A DNA stretch of 49,560 bases from a virus. The notes below the pieces were generated by a model, which had not been told where the DNA came from, searched no databases, and saw only the letters and a list, made by a program, of their open reading frames with translations. This document shows, piece by piece, positions 34,330 through 43,619 of the stretch; position 1 is the stretch's first letter, and the number at the start of each line of letters is the position of its first letter. The translations under genes were made by a program, and so were the position numbers. The stretch lies in IMG/VR virus record IMGVR_UViG_3300025289_000006; one strand, given 5' to 3'.

Positions 34330-34881
34330 ATGGCTATCACAGTAGGTACAACCGCTCCTATCGTCCCTTATGTTTCGCAGGGGGGCGCCACGCTCAGCTC
34401 GGCCATCGCCATGCCGCTGGCTAACTCCGAGGTGATCGTACCCGGGGACTGCATTGTCTACTCGTCTGGCAAGATCGTAGACGGAAACACCGACCCTACC
34501 CAGGATACGATCATCGGGTTTGCCGCGGACAAGATCACGGCGCCTGCATCCGCTGGCGATGCTGATATCGTCCTAGTTAACCTGGCGACTCCTGGCGCAA
34601 TCTTCATCGGTAGTTTCGTTGGCGGGGCGACCACCGATCAGGTCGGGGTGCTCACCGACTACGCCTCGACCTTCGGGGCCGACTTCGATCTTGTCGAGCT
34701 GACTGTCGAGGCGATCTGCGCCATCGACGCTGCTGACACCGCGGGTGACATTCTAGTGCTCGCCCCGGCCAGGGAACAGCTCCGCGGTAAGTCGTACAGT
34801 TCCAGCACGACCACGGGAACCATCAACCCCCGCGTCTACTTCATGGTAGAGCGGAGCGTGTTCACCAACGTGCTCGCGTGA
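34330..34881 (+). CDS. Head decoration/cement protein candidate, 183 aa
   Basis: Immediately follows the capsid gene. Beta-rich, Gly/Ala/Thr-rich. Confidence 0.35.
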   Translation: MAITVGTTAPIVPYVSQGGATLSSAIAMPLANSEVIVPGDCIVYSSGKIVDGNTDPTQDTIIGFAADKITAPASAGDADIVLVNLATPGAIFIGSFVGGATTDQVGVLTDYASTFGADFDLVELTVEAICAIDAADTAGDILVLAPAREQLRGKSYSSSTTTGTINPRVYFMVERSVFTNVLA

Positions 34882-34929
34882 TCTAGTGAGGGGCGGGTCA
34901 CCCCCGCCCCAGCACTGGAGGTAGATAGC

Positions 34930-35376
34930 ATGCCCTCTCTTCCAGCTCATCTCTACGGACGCGGGGACTTTGGTGGCCCGAATGCCGGAGGCTACAGCAC
35001 GGTCCTACTCGGCACCACCGGGGCCACAGCCGTTACGCCAGGCGCAGCCACCACGGTCATTGGCAAGTACCTGCTGCCACAAGACTGTCGTTTGGAGCAG
35101 ATCATTGTCGGCGTCGTAACCAGCTCCGGTGGCGCGTCTCGTCCGACTGTCAACGTAAACGACGGAACGGCCAACGTGCTCGCCGCCGATCTACAGTCCG
35201 TGACGGCCTCTGCTGTTGGGGCTGTAAACTTCACGGCCGCTCGCCGAGAGCAGGCGAAGAATAACATCCTGACGGTCAACATGACGACTGTGGCAACAGA
35301 GGCGGTAACTAACCTGTCCGTGTGGGCCGTGTTCCATGTCAAGGGCCACGTCAACGCCGATAAGGCCAACGACTAA
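34930..35376 (+). CDS. Hypothetical 148-aa virion protein, distantly like the 36059-37464 paralogs
   Basis: RLEQIIVGVVTSSGGASRPTVNVNDGT compares with KILQLIIITGDTGGTLTIQINGLT. Confidence 0.45.
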   Translation: MPSLPAHLYGRGDFGGPNAGGYSTVLLGTTGATAVTPGAATTVIGKYLLPQDCRLEQIIVGVVTSSGGASRPTVNVNDGTANVLAADLQSVTASAVGAVNFTAARREQAKNNILTVNMTTVATEAVTNLSVWAVFHVKGHVNADKAND

Positions 35377-35388
35377 GAGGTAGGTCAC

Positions 35389-35679
35389 ATGGCGGTCATT
35401 AGGGTCGGCACCAAGGAGTTCGGCCAGCGTGCGAGGGAACGCAAGGCCCGGCTGGAGATGGGGTATCCACTCGCTGGCGGGGGGATGATGAAGGCGCCGA
35501 AGGACAGGTCGGCAATCTCGAAGAGTGACGCTGAGCAGGTCCGCATTCGGCTCAAAGACTACGAGCCCATCCCGGAGGCCAAGGTGGAGAGGGGGGTTAA
35601 ACCGCCTCCGCCTCCTCCCAAGAAGCCCGTCTCGAAGACCCGGCGCAAGCTATCCGCCCCCTACGGTGAGCGTCGTTAA
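35389..35679 (+). CDS. Basic 96-aa protein with a Pro run
   Basis: ORF; KPPPPPPKKPVSKTRRK. Confidence 0.5.
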   Translation: MAVIRVGTKEFGQRARERKARLEMGYPLAGGGMMKAPKDRSAISKSDAEQVRIRLKDYEPIPEAKVERGVKPPPPPPKKPVSKTRRKLSAPYGERR

Positions 35680-35681
35680 CC

Positions 35682-35876
35682 ATGGCCGTCGTTCGCGAGT
35701 GGATCAAAGCAGCCAACCTCAAGAAGGGCGCATTCACCGCGAAGGCCAAGGCGGCTGGGATGGGAGTTCAAGAGTACGCAGCTAAGGTGACCAAGCCCGG
35801 CTCGCAGGCCAGCGCGAAGACCAAGAAGCAGGCTGTCCTAGCGAAGACCTTCAAGAAGATGTCGAAGGGGAAGTGA
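35682..35876 (+). CDS. Basic 64-aa protein (DUF3008-like by eye)
   Basis: KKGAFTAKAKAAGMGVQEYAAKV...LAKTFKKM. Confidence 0.45.
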   Translation: MAVVREWIKAANLKKGAFTAKAKAAGMGVQEYAAKVTKPGSQASAKTKKQAVLAKTFKKMSKGK

Positions 35877-35877
35877 C

Positions 35878-36054
35878 ATGATGAAGCCATTACCTAAGTG
35901 GGCAGGACTCATGGCGGCGATCGTTGGAGCTGCCGCCGCACCCATCGCTGCGGCCATCGGCGTCATCCCCACCTGGCTCGCCCTCACAGCCGCGTCGATC
36001 GCATCTGTCGCGGCGTTGCTGTCCCATTCGCTGACGGGGGACGGAGGGGAGTAG
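35878..36054 (+). CDS. 58-aa two-TM membrane protein
   Basis: MMKPLPKWAGLMAAIVGAAAAPIAAAIGVIPTWLALTAASIASVAALL... Starts 1 nt after the previous stop. Below the track cut-off. Confidence 0.45.
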   Translation: MMKPLPKWAGLMAAIVGAAAAPIAAAIGVIPTWLALTAASIASVAALLSHSLTGDGGE

Positions 36055-36058
36055 ATGG

Positions 36059-36361
36059 ATGGCCGTTGCCATACAAGGCGAGATCATCACGCTCACGGCT
36101 GCGGGGGACAGTATCACCAGCCGTCTGGCCATCGACCGTCTGTTCTTTAGCACTGGCGCCACGAGCGGCGCGACCACCATCACAGCAAACGGCATAACGG
36201 TGTGGAGTGGCACACCCACGGCGAATGGCATAACCAGCGGCTTCCCGCTGTTTGCCAGCGGCACGTCGGTGGATAGCCTGACGGTCACCACACTCGGCAC
36301 CAACGTGACCGTTATCATCCTCCCGGGAAGTCGTAACCAAGCGAGGCGAAGTGTCAACTAG
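36059..36361 (+). CDS. Small beta-rich virion paralog 1 (100 aa)
   Basis: GATSGATTITANGITVWSG...LGTNVTVIIL shares its motifs with the next two ORFs. Confidence 0.6.
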   Translation: MAVAIQGEIITLTAAGDSITSRLAIDRLFFSTGATSGATTITANGITVWSGTPTANGITSGFPLFASGTSVDSLTVTTLGTNVTVIILPGSRNQARRSVN

Positions 36362-36620
36362 TAGCGCGGGCAGTGGGCTGTTCTACCTATGGGAGGTGGG
36401 TGACACCTTACCGGTCCCTGCTCGCATACAGAAGCTATCGTTCATCTCCGGGGACACTGGCGGGACTTCCACCGTGACTCTCAACGGCGTGACGTTCTGG
36501 AGTGCGGTTATAAGTGCCGGTCAGACTGGCGAGTTCAATTTCCCCACGCCGCTGGCTGTAGACAGCCTATCTCTCAGTGCTGTCGGGACGAATGTGATAC
36601 TAATGGTAACTACGGTATAG
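36351..36620 (+). CDS. Small beta-rich virion paralog 2 (89 aa)
   Basis: GDTGGTSTVTLNGVTFWS...FNFPTP...VGTNVILMVTTV. GTG start with an 11-nt overlap. Confidence 0.6.
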   Translation: MSTSSAGSGLFYLWEVGDTLPVPARIQKLSFISGDTGGTSTVTLNGVTFWSAVISAGQTGEFNFPTPLAVDSLSLSAVGTNVILMVTTV

Positions 36621-36623
36621 ATC

Positions 36624-36896
36624 ATGTCAGTTACCACTAGCGGTAGCGGGATGTTCTGGTTGTGGGCGCTGAATGACGCGATAAATGAGCCTGTCAAGAT
36701 TCTCCAACTCATCATCATCACGGGTGATACAGGCGGCACATTGACCATCCAGATCAACGGGTTGACCTTCTACACGGCCACCGACAGCGGGGCTAACACG
36801 ACGACCTCGTTCAACTTCGCCACGCCCTTCGCGGCAGACAGTGTACAGCTCGCCGCGTTGGGTACTAACTCTACCCTTATCGTACGTACGGTGTAA
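36624..36896 (+). CDS. Small beta-rich virion paralog 3 (90 aa)
   Basis: GDTGGTLTIQINGLTFYT...FNFATP...LGTNSTLIVRTV. About 45% identical to paralog 2 by eye. Confidence 0.6.
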   Translation: MSVTTSGSGMFWLWALNDAINEPVKILQLIIITGDTGGTLTIQINGLTFYTATDSGANTTTSFNFATPFAADSVQLAALGTNSTLIVRTV

Positions 36897-36900
36897 TCAC

Positions 36901-37464
36901 ATGGCTGTAACAGTAGCAGGTAGCTTGATCCGAATGACCGCCGCAGATGACGTGGTGCCGGGGAAGCTGGCTCTCACCGCGTTGGTAGTGAACCGGGTAG
37001 GCGCGGCGGATGTCACGAACAGCCTTGTCCTCAGCACCGACACGGGGCGGCATTATGTGAAGTCGAGTTCGGTGGGGAACTTGACCTTCACAGCAGCCAG
37101 CCCCAACACGATCCTACGGTCGGTGGGTACATGGACAGCGGATGGCTTCCAGGTCGGTGACGTGGTGACTTGCCTACAAGCGAACACTACTGGCGCTAAC
37201 GGTCTCAAGCGGTTCACGATCAACGCGATCGTGAGCGGCGGCGCGGTGCTGGAAGTCGCAGAGGCCCCCACGACCACGGCTGCTCTCGCCGGCTACACTG
37301 TCTGGGCCAACGTGGGGGTGTTCTTTCGTAAGACACAGGCCAACCTGTCAGCGGCCACACCCACGATCCTCGCCTACGGCTACCCCGCGCCATTCCGAAA
37401 CCTGCGGATTCTCATTATGAACACTGACTGCACGGTCGTGCTGGCGCCGGTTGATTTCACCTAG
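36901..37464 (+). CDS. 187-aa protein whose N-terminus resembles paralog 1
   Basis: MAVTVAGSLIRMTAADDVVPGKLALTALVV compares with MAVAIQGEIITLTAAGDSITSRLAIDRLFF. ATG 36901 lies 4 nt after the previous stop. Confidence 0.5.
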   Translation: MAVTVAGSLIRMTAADDVVPGKLALTALVVNRVGAADVTNSLVLSTDTGRHYVKSSSVGNLTFTAASPNTILRSVGTWTADGFQVGDVVTCLQANTTGANGLKRFTINAIVSGGAVLEVAEAPTTTAALAGYTVWANVGVFFRKTQANLSAATPTILAYGYPAPFRNLRILIMNTDCTVVLAPVDFT

Positions 37465-37472
37465 AGGATGCC

Positions 37473-37691
37473 ATGGCACAGGTCTACCCCCCCGAGAACG
37501 GCAAAGGTCCCATCGAGTTCAAGCGGTCGTATGTAGACGAGGCGACCGGTGAGCTAATCAAAGAATCCAACATCACCCGCGATCCTTTCTATAACATCCT
37601 CCGCGCGGCCGACGACGTAGACGAGCCCGATCACGACCAGTTCCTCCAGCGATGGCGGCTTCGCCCCGAGTACAACCCTCCCGAGCCATAA
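37473..37691 (+). CDS. Hypothetical 72-aa acidic protein
   Basis: ORF with a GAGGATGCC-ATG context. Confidence 0.5.
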   Translation: MAQVYPPENGKGPIEFKRSYVDEATGELIKESNITRDPFYNILRAADDVDEPDHDQFLQRWRLRPEYNPPEP

Positions 37692-37767
37692 CCGGGGCAA
37701 TCACTGATACTATGCCATAGGTCACCACACCCATCGCCTGCTGGCCTAACCAGTTTGGGGGTTGCAG

Positions 37768-38499
37768 ATGGCACTTACACGAGCACAACTTAGATCACTC
37801 ACCAAGCAGGCACTTGGCAACAGGTCGTCCAGTACAGGCATTGTCATCGACGATTCCTGGTACAACGATCGAGTCAACAGCGGGTATAGACGGCTGTGTA
37901 CGTTCCAGGGGGTCGTATCGAGGCCCGGGCTGGCCCAGCCGCAGTATAGACTACTCCGCTTCTTCGAGCTGGAATCTCGTGACAGCCGCACCTACGGGCT
38001 CGCGATGGCCAATAACTTCGTGATCCCCTTCACGGCCGGTGTCGTCTATGTCATGGATGTCTATGACCGGACGAACAACGTGGGGCTGCGGCGCACATCG
38101 AGGCGGGAGATCCTCGGGCTAGATCCCGACGCGGTCGGCCGGCCGACCCGCTGGTGCCCAGCCGGGGGTGGCGGCGTGGCTGGCTACTACATCGACAAGC
38201 GACCGGGTGTGGCTGCCGACAACATCAGCGTGTATGAGTACACTTACAAGTATCCGGTCGAGCTGTCCACCGACAGCGGCTCGACTGGCACCCCCATCAT
38301 CCCCGATGCCTGGCACACGGCGATATGGTATGCAGCGGCAGCCGAGGGCGCCGCGCTGTTAGAGTGGCCCGAGAAGGCCCAGGAGTACGAATCTAAGTTC
38401 ATGCAGTTCATCGCGGAGCGTAAGTCGCCTCAAGAGGAGGCGGCGTATAGTGGGCTCGCCGGGCCGAGGCGTAACATCCCGGTTGGTAGCACTTGGTAG
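37768..38499 (+). CDS. Head-tail adaptor or tail-tubular candidate, 243 aa
   Basis: Position between the head genes and the fibres. No motif support. Confidence 0.3.
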   Translation: MALTRAQLRSLTKQALGNRSSSTGIVIDDSWYNDRVNSGYRRLCTFQGVVSRPGLAQPQYRLLRFFELESRDSRTYGLAMANNFVIPFTAGVVYVMDVYDRTNNVGLRRTSRREILGLDPDAVGRPTRWCPAGGGGVAGYYIDKRPGVAADNISVYEYTYKYPVELSTDSGSTGTPIIPDAWHTAIWYAAAAEGAALLEWPEKAQEYESKFMQFIAERKSPQEEAAYSGLAGPRRNIPVGSTW

Positions 38500-38508
38500 G
38501 AGGCCGAC

Positions 38509-39363
38509 ATGCCTGTAGGTACAACTTGGAATCGTCTATCGCCCGCAGGAAGTGACAACCCCGCTAACGGGGCGCAGGAGATCGCTGATCTCAAGAAGAT
38601 GGTGGATGAGCGGACACGTAACGGCGGGCATTTCTGGGAGCCTGACGGGGATGCCTCTCTCACCAACACTGGCCGGCACGTGTGCGGGGCCGAGCAACAG
38701 TCAGGTGGGACGGGTGCGGCGGCTAACGAGTTCTACGTTTACGCTGACACTGCACCGAGTGGGACTCTCAAGGACTTCATCTTCAAGGACCGCAGCCACG
38801 CCTCTCCCGGGGTAGACTTCCAGACGGGCGTTACTGGATCGGTGACCAAGGTTCGGAAGCTACAGGTCACGACAGACGGGCTACAGGTAGACGCCGGGGC
38901 TATCACCCTCCCGGCCGGGTCACTGGAAACAGCTGACCTGGCCGATGCCGCTGTCACGTCCGACAAGATAGGGTCTGCCGCAGTCCTACGGTCCAAGCTG
39001 GTGTCCAAGGCCGCGACAGCGAACACCTTTGCACAGGCGGCAGGCGTTCTCGGACCTATAAGCGGCGAGACCTCCATTCTCAGTACCACGTTTACTACTG
39101 GCAAGAGCCCTGGGAATGTACACTGTCATTACTCGTTTCTCATCATAGGCGGCGCAGCGACCCCGATAACGCTCAAGTTCAAGCGAGATGGGGGGGATCT
39201 CCAAAACTTCACGTGGACGCTCGACCAGACGGGTCCCTACGGATTCTCCTTTGTTGACACCGGGCTCGCACCGGACACGACCTATACCTATGATCTGACT
39301 CTCACACAGAATGGCCTCTCTGTAAGAGAGCGGGTTCTTACGATACTAGAGCTGGCCAGCTAG
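38509..39363 (+). CDS. Tail fibre/spike-like protein, 284 aa
   Basis: ADLADAAVTSDKIGSAAVLRSKL is a fibre-type repeat. Precedes the large fibre gene. Confidence 0.5.
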   Translation: MPVGTTWNRLSPAGSDNPANGAQEIADLKKMVDERTRNGGHFWEPDGDASLTNTGRHVCGAEQQSGGTGAAANEFYVYADTAPSGTLKDFIFKDRSHASPGVDFQTGVTGSVTKVRKLQVTTDGLQVDAGAITLPAGSLETADLADAAVTSDKIGSAAVLRSKLVSKAATANTFAQAAGVLGPISGETSILSTTFTTGKSPGNVHCHYSFLIIGGAATPITLKFKRDGGDLQNFTWTLDQTGPYGFSFVDTGLAPDTTYTYDLTLTQNGLSVRERVLTILELAS

Positions 39364-39372
39364 AGGTCACCA

Positions 39373-42300
39373 ATGGCCATCCGCGAGGAAGCAGCTCTCT
39401 CACCTTACGTACCAGCGCTCCCACGCGCGACGGTGGGAGACCCTGCTCGCTGGGAGACCAGGCTGGTAGATGCGCTGGATCGGCAATTCAAGACCATCCA
39501 TAGCAAGACAGCTCTCCTCGCCGATTGGATCGAGGACAGGACCGTCACGGTCACTGCTTCCTACACCGTCAATGACGAGACTGTCATCATAGCCGACGCA
39601 ACCAGCGGGGCTATCGTGGTGACCCTGCCGCCTGCCCTCCAGGCCATCAACCGGCGTGTCACAGTCAAGAAGTCAGACTCTACCGCCAACACCGTCACCG
39701 TTCAAGCCCACGGGGCCGAGCTGATCGACAACACGAACACCAAGGTCCTGACGGTACAGTTTCTCACGTTGACAGTGGTAGGCGACGCTGCCCAATGGTG
39801 GTCCACGGCAAGTGTGTTTCCAGCGGGGGGGCCGGGTGGTCTCGGCGGCGTGCCTGTCCTGGTAGACCTCCAGGGGAATCTAGAAGGCGTCTCGGCCAAC
39901 GCGGCTCGATCCGACCATCGGCACAAGCTGGACGAGGCTATCGCGCCTGATTGGACCAACCAGCACGACTTCCGACCATCGTCGAACCTAGTGCCACTAC
40001 GACTCTTCGCACGAACAGGTCAGACCCTCGCCTACGCCCAGATGTTCGATACGGATGGGACGACACTCCGCACCGTGACAGACAAGGACTTCCGTTGGGG
40101 CTTCAACGATGCTTCGCCGACCGCACGGGTGAACGTCAAGGCCGGTGCTAGCGAGGCAAGCATCGCAGCATTGGGTCCGTTCATCTGGTATAAGGGCTCG
40201 AACGCTGATGGGTTTGACAACTCTACGCTAGGTAACGGGGCCGGCCTGGGCGCGTACTGGTACGATCACAGCGGCAACACACGGCACGAGCGGACGGATC
40301 AAGACCCCACATTCAGTGACCCAACCTGGTGGAATGTTGCTGGTGCTGGTGCAGGACAACCGACTGCATTACCAAATGGGAGACCGGTTGTCAGCACTAA
40401 GACTAATGGATCGTTTCCCCTTCGTCTGTTCGGCCGCATAGACCCGCTTGTTTGGCCGGCTTTCCACTCGGCCGCCAACTTCACAATGTATTTTGTAGTC
40501 AATATGACAGACCCTGTAGATACTGGCAGAATCCTGTTGGGCGGTGACTGCGAGTTTTTCCTGCCTGCTAACCCTCTTAATGTACCTCCAGAGATAACTA
40601 TTGGAAGTGCCACCACACTAGTTCGATATCGTCAGCGGCAAGGTGTCCCAACGCCCATCCCTAGTGTGACGTTCACGAACCCCACTATTGGAACAGAAAA
40701 GTACGCCCGTGTTACTGTCCGAAAGACGGGCGGTACTGTAGAGATGTGGTATCGGAATGCGGTGTTGACTCCAACATCAGTAGTAGGTGACACTTCAGTA
40801 GCTTATCAATACGCCTTTTTAGGTCACACAGCTAACAACGAGGACACAGTAATTCATCACCAAGTCCACTACGGCGAAGTCCTCATCTTCCACTCCTCTC
40901 ACTCCACGGCCACTATTGGTACAGTGTGGGGGTATCTCGACAACAGCTTCTACGACGGTACGAACTACTTGGATGCTCCGGCTGGTGGAGGTGGGTTCGA
41001 CCTGGTCCATGGCAAGGATGCTGGTGGCACAGTCCTCACTAACCTCGACTCGGCTAACAAGCTGTCGTTGGGATGGACCGGGCCGGCCACCGCGCGACTT
41101 GAGGTCCGAGACGCCAACGTCGAACAAGCCCGTTTCGGGTTTGACGCCGATAGTTACCTTGGTGTACAGGCGGCGAACACATACATCGACCTCAACGCTG
41201 GTTCGGGGATCACGGGCGCCGGTGGCGAACCTGCACAGGTCTTTGGCAATTTCTCGCTGGAACTTGATAACGTTGCGAATCCTGGTCAGGTCGCGCTTGG
41301 TGTCGTCGGGCACAGCGCACAGACGGCCAACATACTAGACGTATATCAATTTGCGAACCCAAACCCCATGTTGGGGATCGCTGCGACGGGAGCGGCCACG
41401 CTTCGCACCAACACCGTAGGCGCGGTGAATCTTACGTTCCAACAGATTGGTTCACAAACAGGCGATCCTATACGCCACCTATCGTCAGGAGCGGTGCTTC
41501 TGAATCGGCTTGATACGTCCGGGAGAATGGGTTTCCGAGAGACGACTACGCCTGTCCATGTTGCCAATGAGGGGAAGCTCTACACCAAGGACTTCGGTGG
41601 TAGGACCGAGCTGTGTTACTTCGACAGCGACGGAGCGGCGACAGGGGTCGAGGTCCGGCTGACCACGCTGGGGGCGGTGAGCGGCATCGGGCCGGGCACC
41701 ACGAATCGGCTTGCCAAGTTCACGGGGGCGGCTGCGATCGGAGACAGTAGCATCACGGATACAGGCTCGCAGATATCGAGCGCGACGCCGGCCCTGTGGA
41801 CTGGTCTCCACACATTCGATCCCGGCAACACCCCGGCGGCGGGTGTCCTCATCCGCATGGGCGCTGCCGGCAGCGACGTGCTGAGCAACTGGCTCGAATG
41901 GTCGCTCGATGTGGATGCTACCATCGAGAACTGGCGAGCCGTTGTGAAGGGCGACGTGGACGGCTCCCCGGATGGCTACTCGGCTTGGGCGCTGCAACAC
42001 GATGCAGGTGGTGGATTTTGGGAGGAGGCGTTCCGGGTCGTCAGCAACGATGGCGTGCTTGGCATCCAGACCGTACACGGCATGACCGCCGTCGCCAACG
42101 ACAACGACATCGCGGCGAACAAGCTTCGCAGCTCCACCGGCACTGTCATCCCGATCAACGACAACACGCCCTCGGCTGGGAAGGTGCTCAAGATCAAGAC
42201 CGATGGGGTGACGGGCCAGTGGGCGGACGACGCGAGCGTGGGAATCTACGGGGACGGGAGTGATGGGAACTTCGTCGTGACTGTGAACACGACGCTAGGC

Positions 42301-43140
42301 TCCGACGCTTACTACAACGATCTACAGATCAACAGTGGCGTGACGTTGTGGAACGGCGGCTACAAAATCTTCGTCAAGCAGAACCTTATCGTCAACGGGA
42401 ACATCAAGCAGGGTAATGCGACAACCCCCGGTGTTGGGTTGGATGCTGTTGGCGCGGCCCGTGGAAACGGTGGAGGAGCCGGGGTCGGTTCGACGCTAGG
42501 GACGGGAGCTGGTGGCGGCAACGGCGCCGATGGGGATCTTGACGCAGGCGCGGGAGGAAGCAATGGTGGCCAGTCCACCGGCGATGGTGGTCAAGGCGCC
42601 GCGGGCGGAATAGGCGGAACCGGAGCCAGTGGAGGCGGTGGGGCCGGTGGAAATGCTGGAGTCTTCAATCGGTTCAAGTTTCGCCAGTTCGGCGCCACGA
42701 CCATGAACCGGACATCCATCGCCTTTATTCAAGGTGGTGCTGGCGGCGGTGGAGGTGGGGCCGGTGGCGGCGATACTCCTGGGGCCGCGGCAGGGGGCGG
42801 TGGTGGAGGTGGTGGCGGCTCGGCTGGAGTCCTCGGTATCTGGGCCAGGTTTATCACTGGAACCGGTGGGGTGATCGGCGCTGACGGGGCGAAGGGTGGC
42901 AACGGTGCAGCCGGAACCGGCGGCAACGCAGGCGGAGGAGCGGGTGGCGGTGGAGGAGCGGGTGGCTTGCTCTACATCGTTTCGGATTCCTTCGGCAACG
43001 GAGTCACGTACCAAGCACTCGGAGGCACGTTTGGCAATGGCGGCGCAGGTGTTGGTACCGGCCTACCTGGGGCCAACGGTGGGGCCGCCGCCAACGGCAC
43101 CGTCTACAAGTTCGACCGGACCCAGGGCATTCAGGTATAG
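39373..43140 (+). CDS. Large tail fibre (1255 aa) with a lectin-like middle and a Gly-rich C-terminal domain
   Basis: AARSDHRHK is a fibre motif. A lower-GC middle segment follows. The C-terminal roughly 230 aa are dominated by GGxGG repeats, including a run of nine Gly. Confidence 0.65.
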   Translation: MAIREEAALSPYVPALPRATVGDPARWETRLVDALDRQFKTIHSKTALLADWIEDRTVTVTASYTVNDETVIIADATSGAIVVTLPPALQAINRRVTVKKSDSTANTVTVQAHGAELIDNTNTKVLTVQFLTLTVVGDAAQWWSTASVFPAGGPGGLGGVPVLVDLQGNLEGVSANAARSDHRHKLDEAIAPDWTNQHDFRPSSNLVPLRLFARTGQTLAYAQMFDTDGTTLRTVTDKDFRWGFNDASPTARVNVKAGASEASIAALGPFIWYKGSNADGFDNSTLGNGAGLGAYWYDHSGNTRHERTDQDPTFSDPTWWNVAGAGAGQPTALPNGRPVVSTKTNGSFPLRLFGRIDPLVWPAFHSAANFTMYFVVNMTDPVDTGRILLGGDCEFFLPANPLNVPPEITIGSATTLVRYRQRQGVPTPIPSVTFTNPTIGTEKYARVTVRKTGGTVEMWYRNAVLTPTSVVGDTSVAYQYAFLGHTANNEDTVIHHQVHYGEVLIFHSSHSTATIGTVWGYLDNSFYDGTNYLDAPAGGGGFDLVHGKDAGGTVLTNLDSANKLSLGWTGPATARLEVRDANVEQARFGFDADSYLGVQAANTYIDLNAGSGITGAGGEPAQVFGNFSLELDNVANPGQVALGVVGHSAQTANILDVYQFANPNPMLGIAATGAATLRTNTVGAVNLTFQQIGSQTGDPIRHLSSGAVLLNRLDTSGRMGFRETTTPVHVANEGKLYTKDFGGRTELCYFDSDGAATGVEVRLTTLGAVSGIGPGTTNRLAKFTGAAAIGDSSITDTGSQISSATPALWTGLHTFDPGNTPAAGVLIRMGAAGSDVLSNWLEWSLDVDATIENWRAVVKGDVDGSPDGYSAWALQHDAGGGFWEEAFRVVSNDGVLGIQTVHGMTAVANDNDIAANKLRSSTGTVIPINDNTPSAGKVLKIKTDGVTGQWADDASVGIYGDGSDGNFVVTVNTTLGSDAYYNDLQINSGVTLWNGGYKIFVKQNLIVNGNIKQGNATTPGVGLDAVGAARGNGGGAGVGSTLGTGAGGGNGADGDLDAGAGGSNGGQSTGDGGQGAAGGIGGTGASGGGGAGGNAGVFNRFKFRQFGATTMNRTSIAFIQGGAGGGGGGAGGGDTPGAAAGGGGGGGGGSAGVLGIWARFITGTGGVIGADGAKGGNGAAGTGGNAGGGAGGGGGAGGLLYIVSDSFGNGVTYQALGGTFGNGGAGVGTGLPGANGGAAANGTVYKFDRTQGIQV

Positions 43141-43150
43141 GAGAGCAACT

Positions 43151-43363
43151 ATGGCCAGCTTCACCATCACGATCCCGGATGCCCAGCTCACTCGCGTGCT
43201 CGACGGCATCGCTGCCCTCGGTGGCTGGAATGCCGCGCTGGGCGTCACCAAGGCCCAGTTCGCCAAGCGATGGATCAGAGACCAGATCCGCCGTGCCGTG
43301 CGGGACGGGGAGATCGGGGCGCTCTCTGGCACGGTCGGATTCACCGACGTGGATGTTCCGTAA
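43151..43363 (+). CDS. Hypothetical 70-aa protein
   Basis: ATG after an AGGAGAG RBS. The track ORF start inside the fibre gene is spurious. Confidence 0.5.
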   Translation: MASFTITIPDAQLTRVLDGIAALGGWNAALGVTKAQFAKRWIRDQIRRAVRDGEIGALSGTVGFTDVDVP

Positions 43364-43375
43364 AAGGAGACCTGT

Positions 43376-43612
43376 ATGAGTGCCGATGTAGAAGCTGGTG
43401 CTAATGCAAGAGAGCCTGTGACACCTGCCGCCACAGCTAACCGCGGGCGCAGGATCAGCCACCTGCTCATCTCCGTGAGTTTCGACGTGTTCGACTCGGA
43501 GGGGAGGAAGTGCAACATCCAGGACACCGGTAACACCCCTCTTATCATGTGCGAGGCGGAGATTCCACCCAGCCTCTACGACTGGCTTCGATCCAAGCGA
43601 CTACCCGTGTGA
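43376..43612 (+). CDS. Hypothetical 78-aa protein
   Basis: AAGGAGA RBS. Confidence 0.5.
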   Translation: MSADVEAGANAREPVTPAATANRGRRISHLLISVSFDVFDSEGRKCNIQDTGNTPLIMCEAEIPPSLYDWLRSKRLPV

Positions 43613-43619
43613 GGTGTCC

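Noticed and set aside
36059-37464. The paralog array as template and variable repeats of a diversity-generating retroelement.
   Set aside because: There is no reverse transcriptase in the genome. The similarity is at protein-motif level, not near-identical DNA with adenine-specific differences.
42729-42926. Poly-proline ORF on the minus strand.
   Set aside because: It is the antisense reading of the Gly-rich repeats of the tail fibre.
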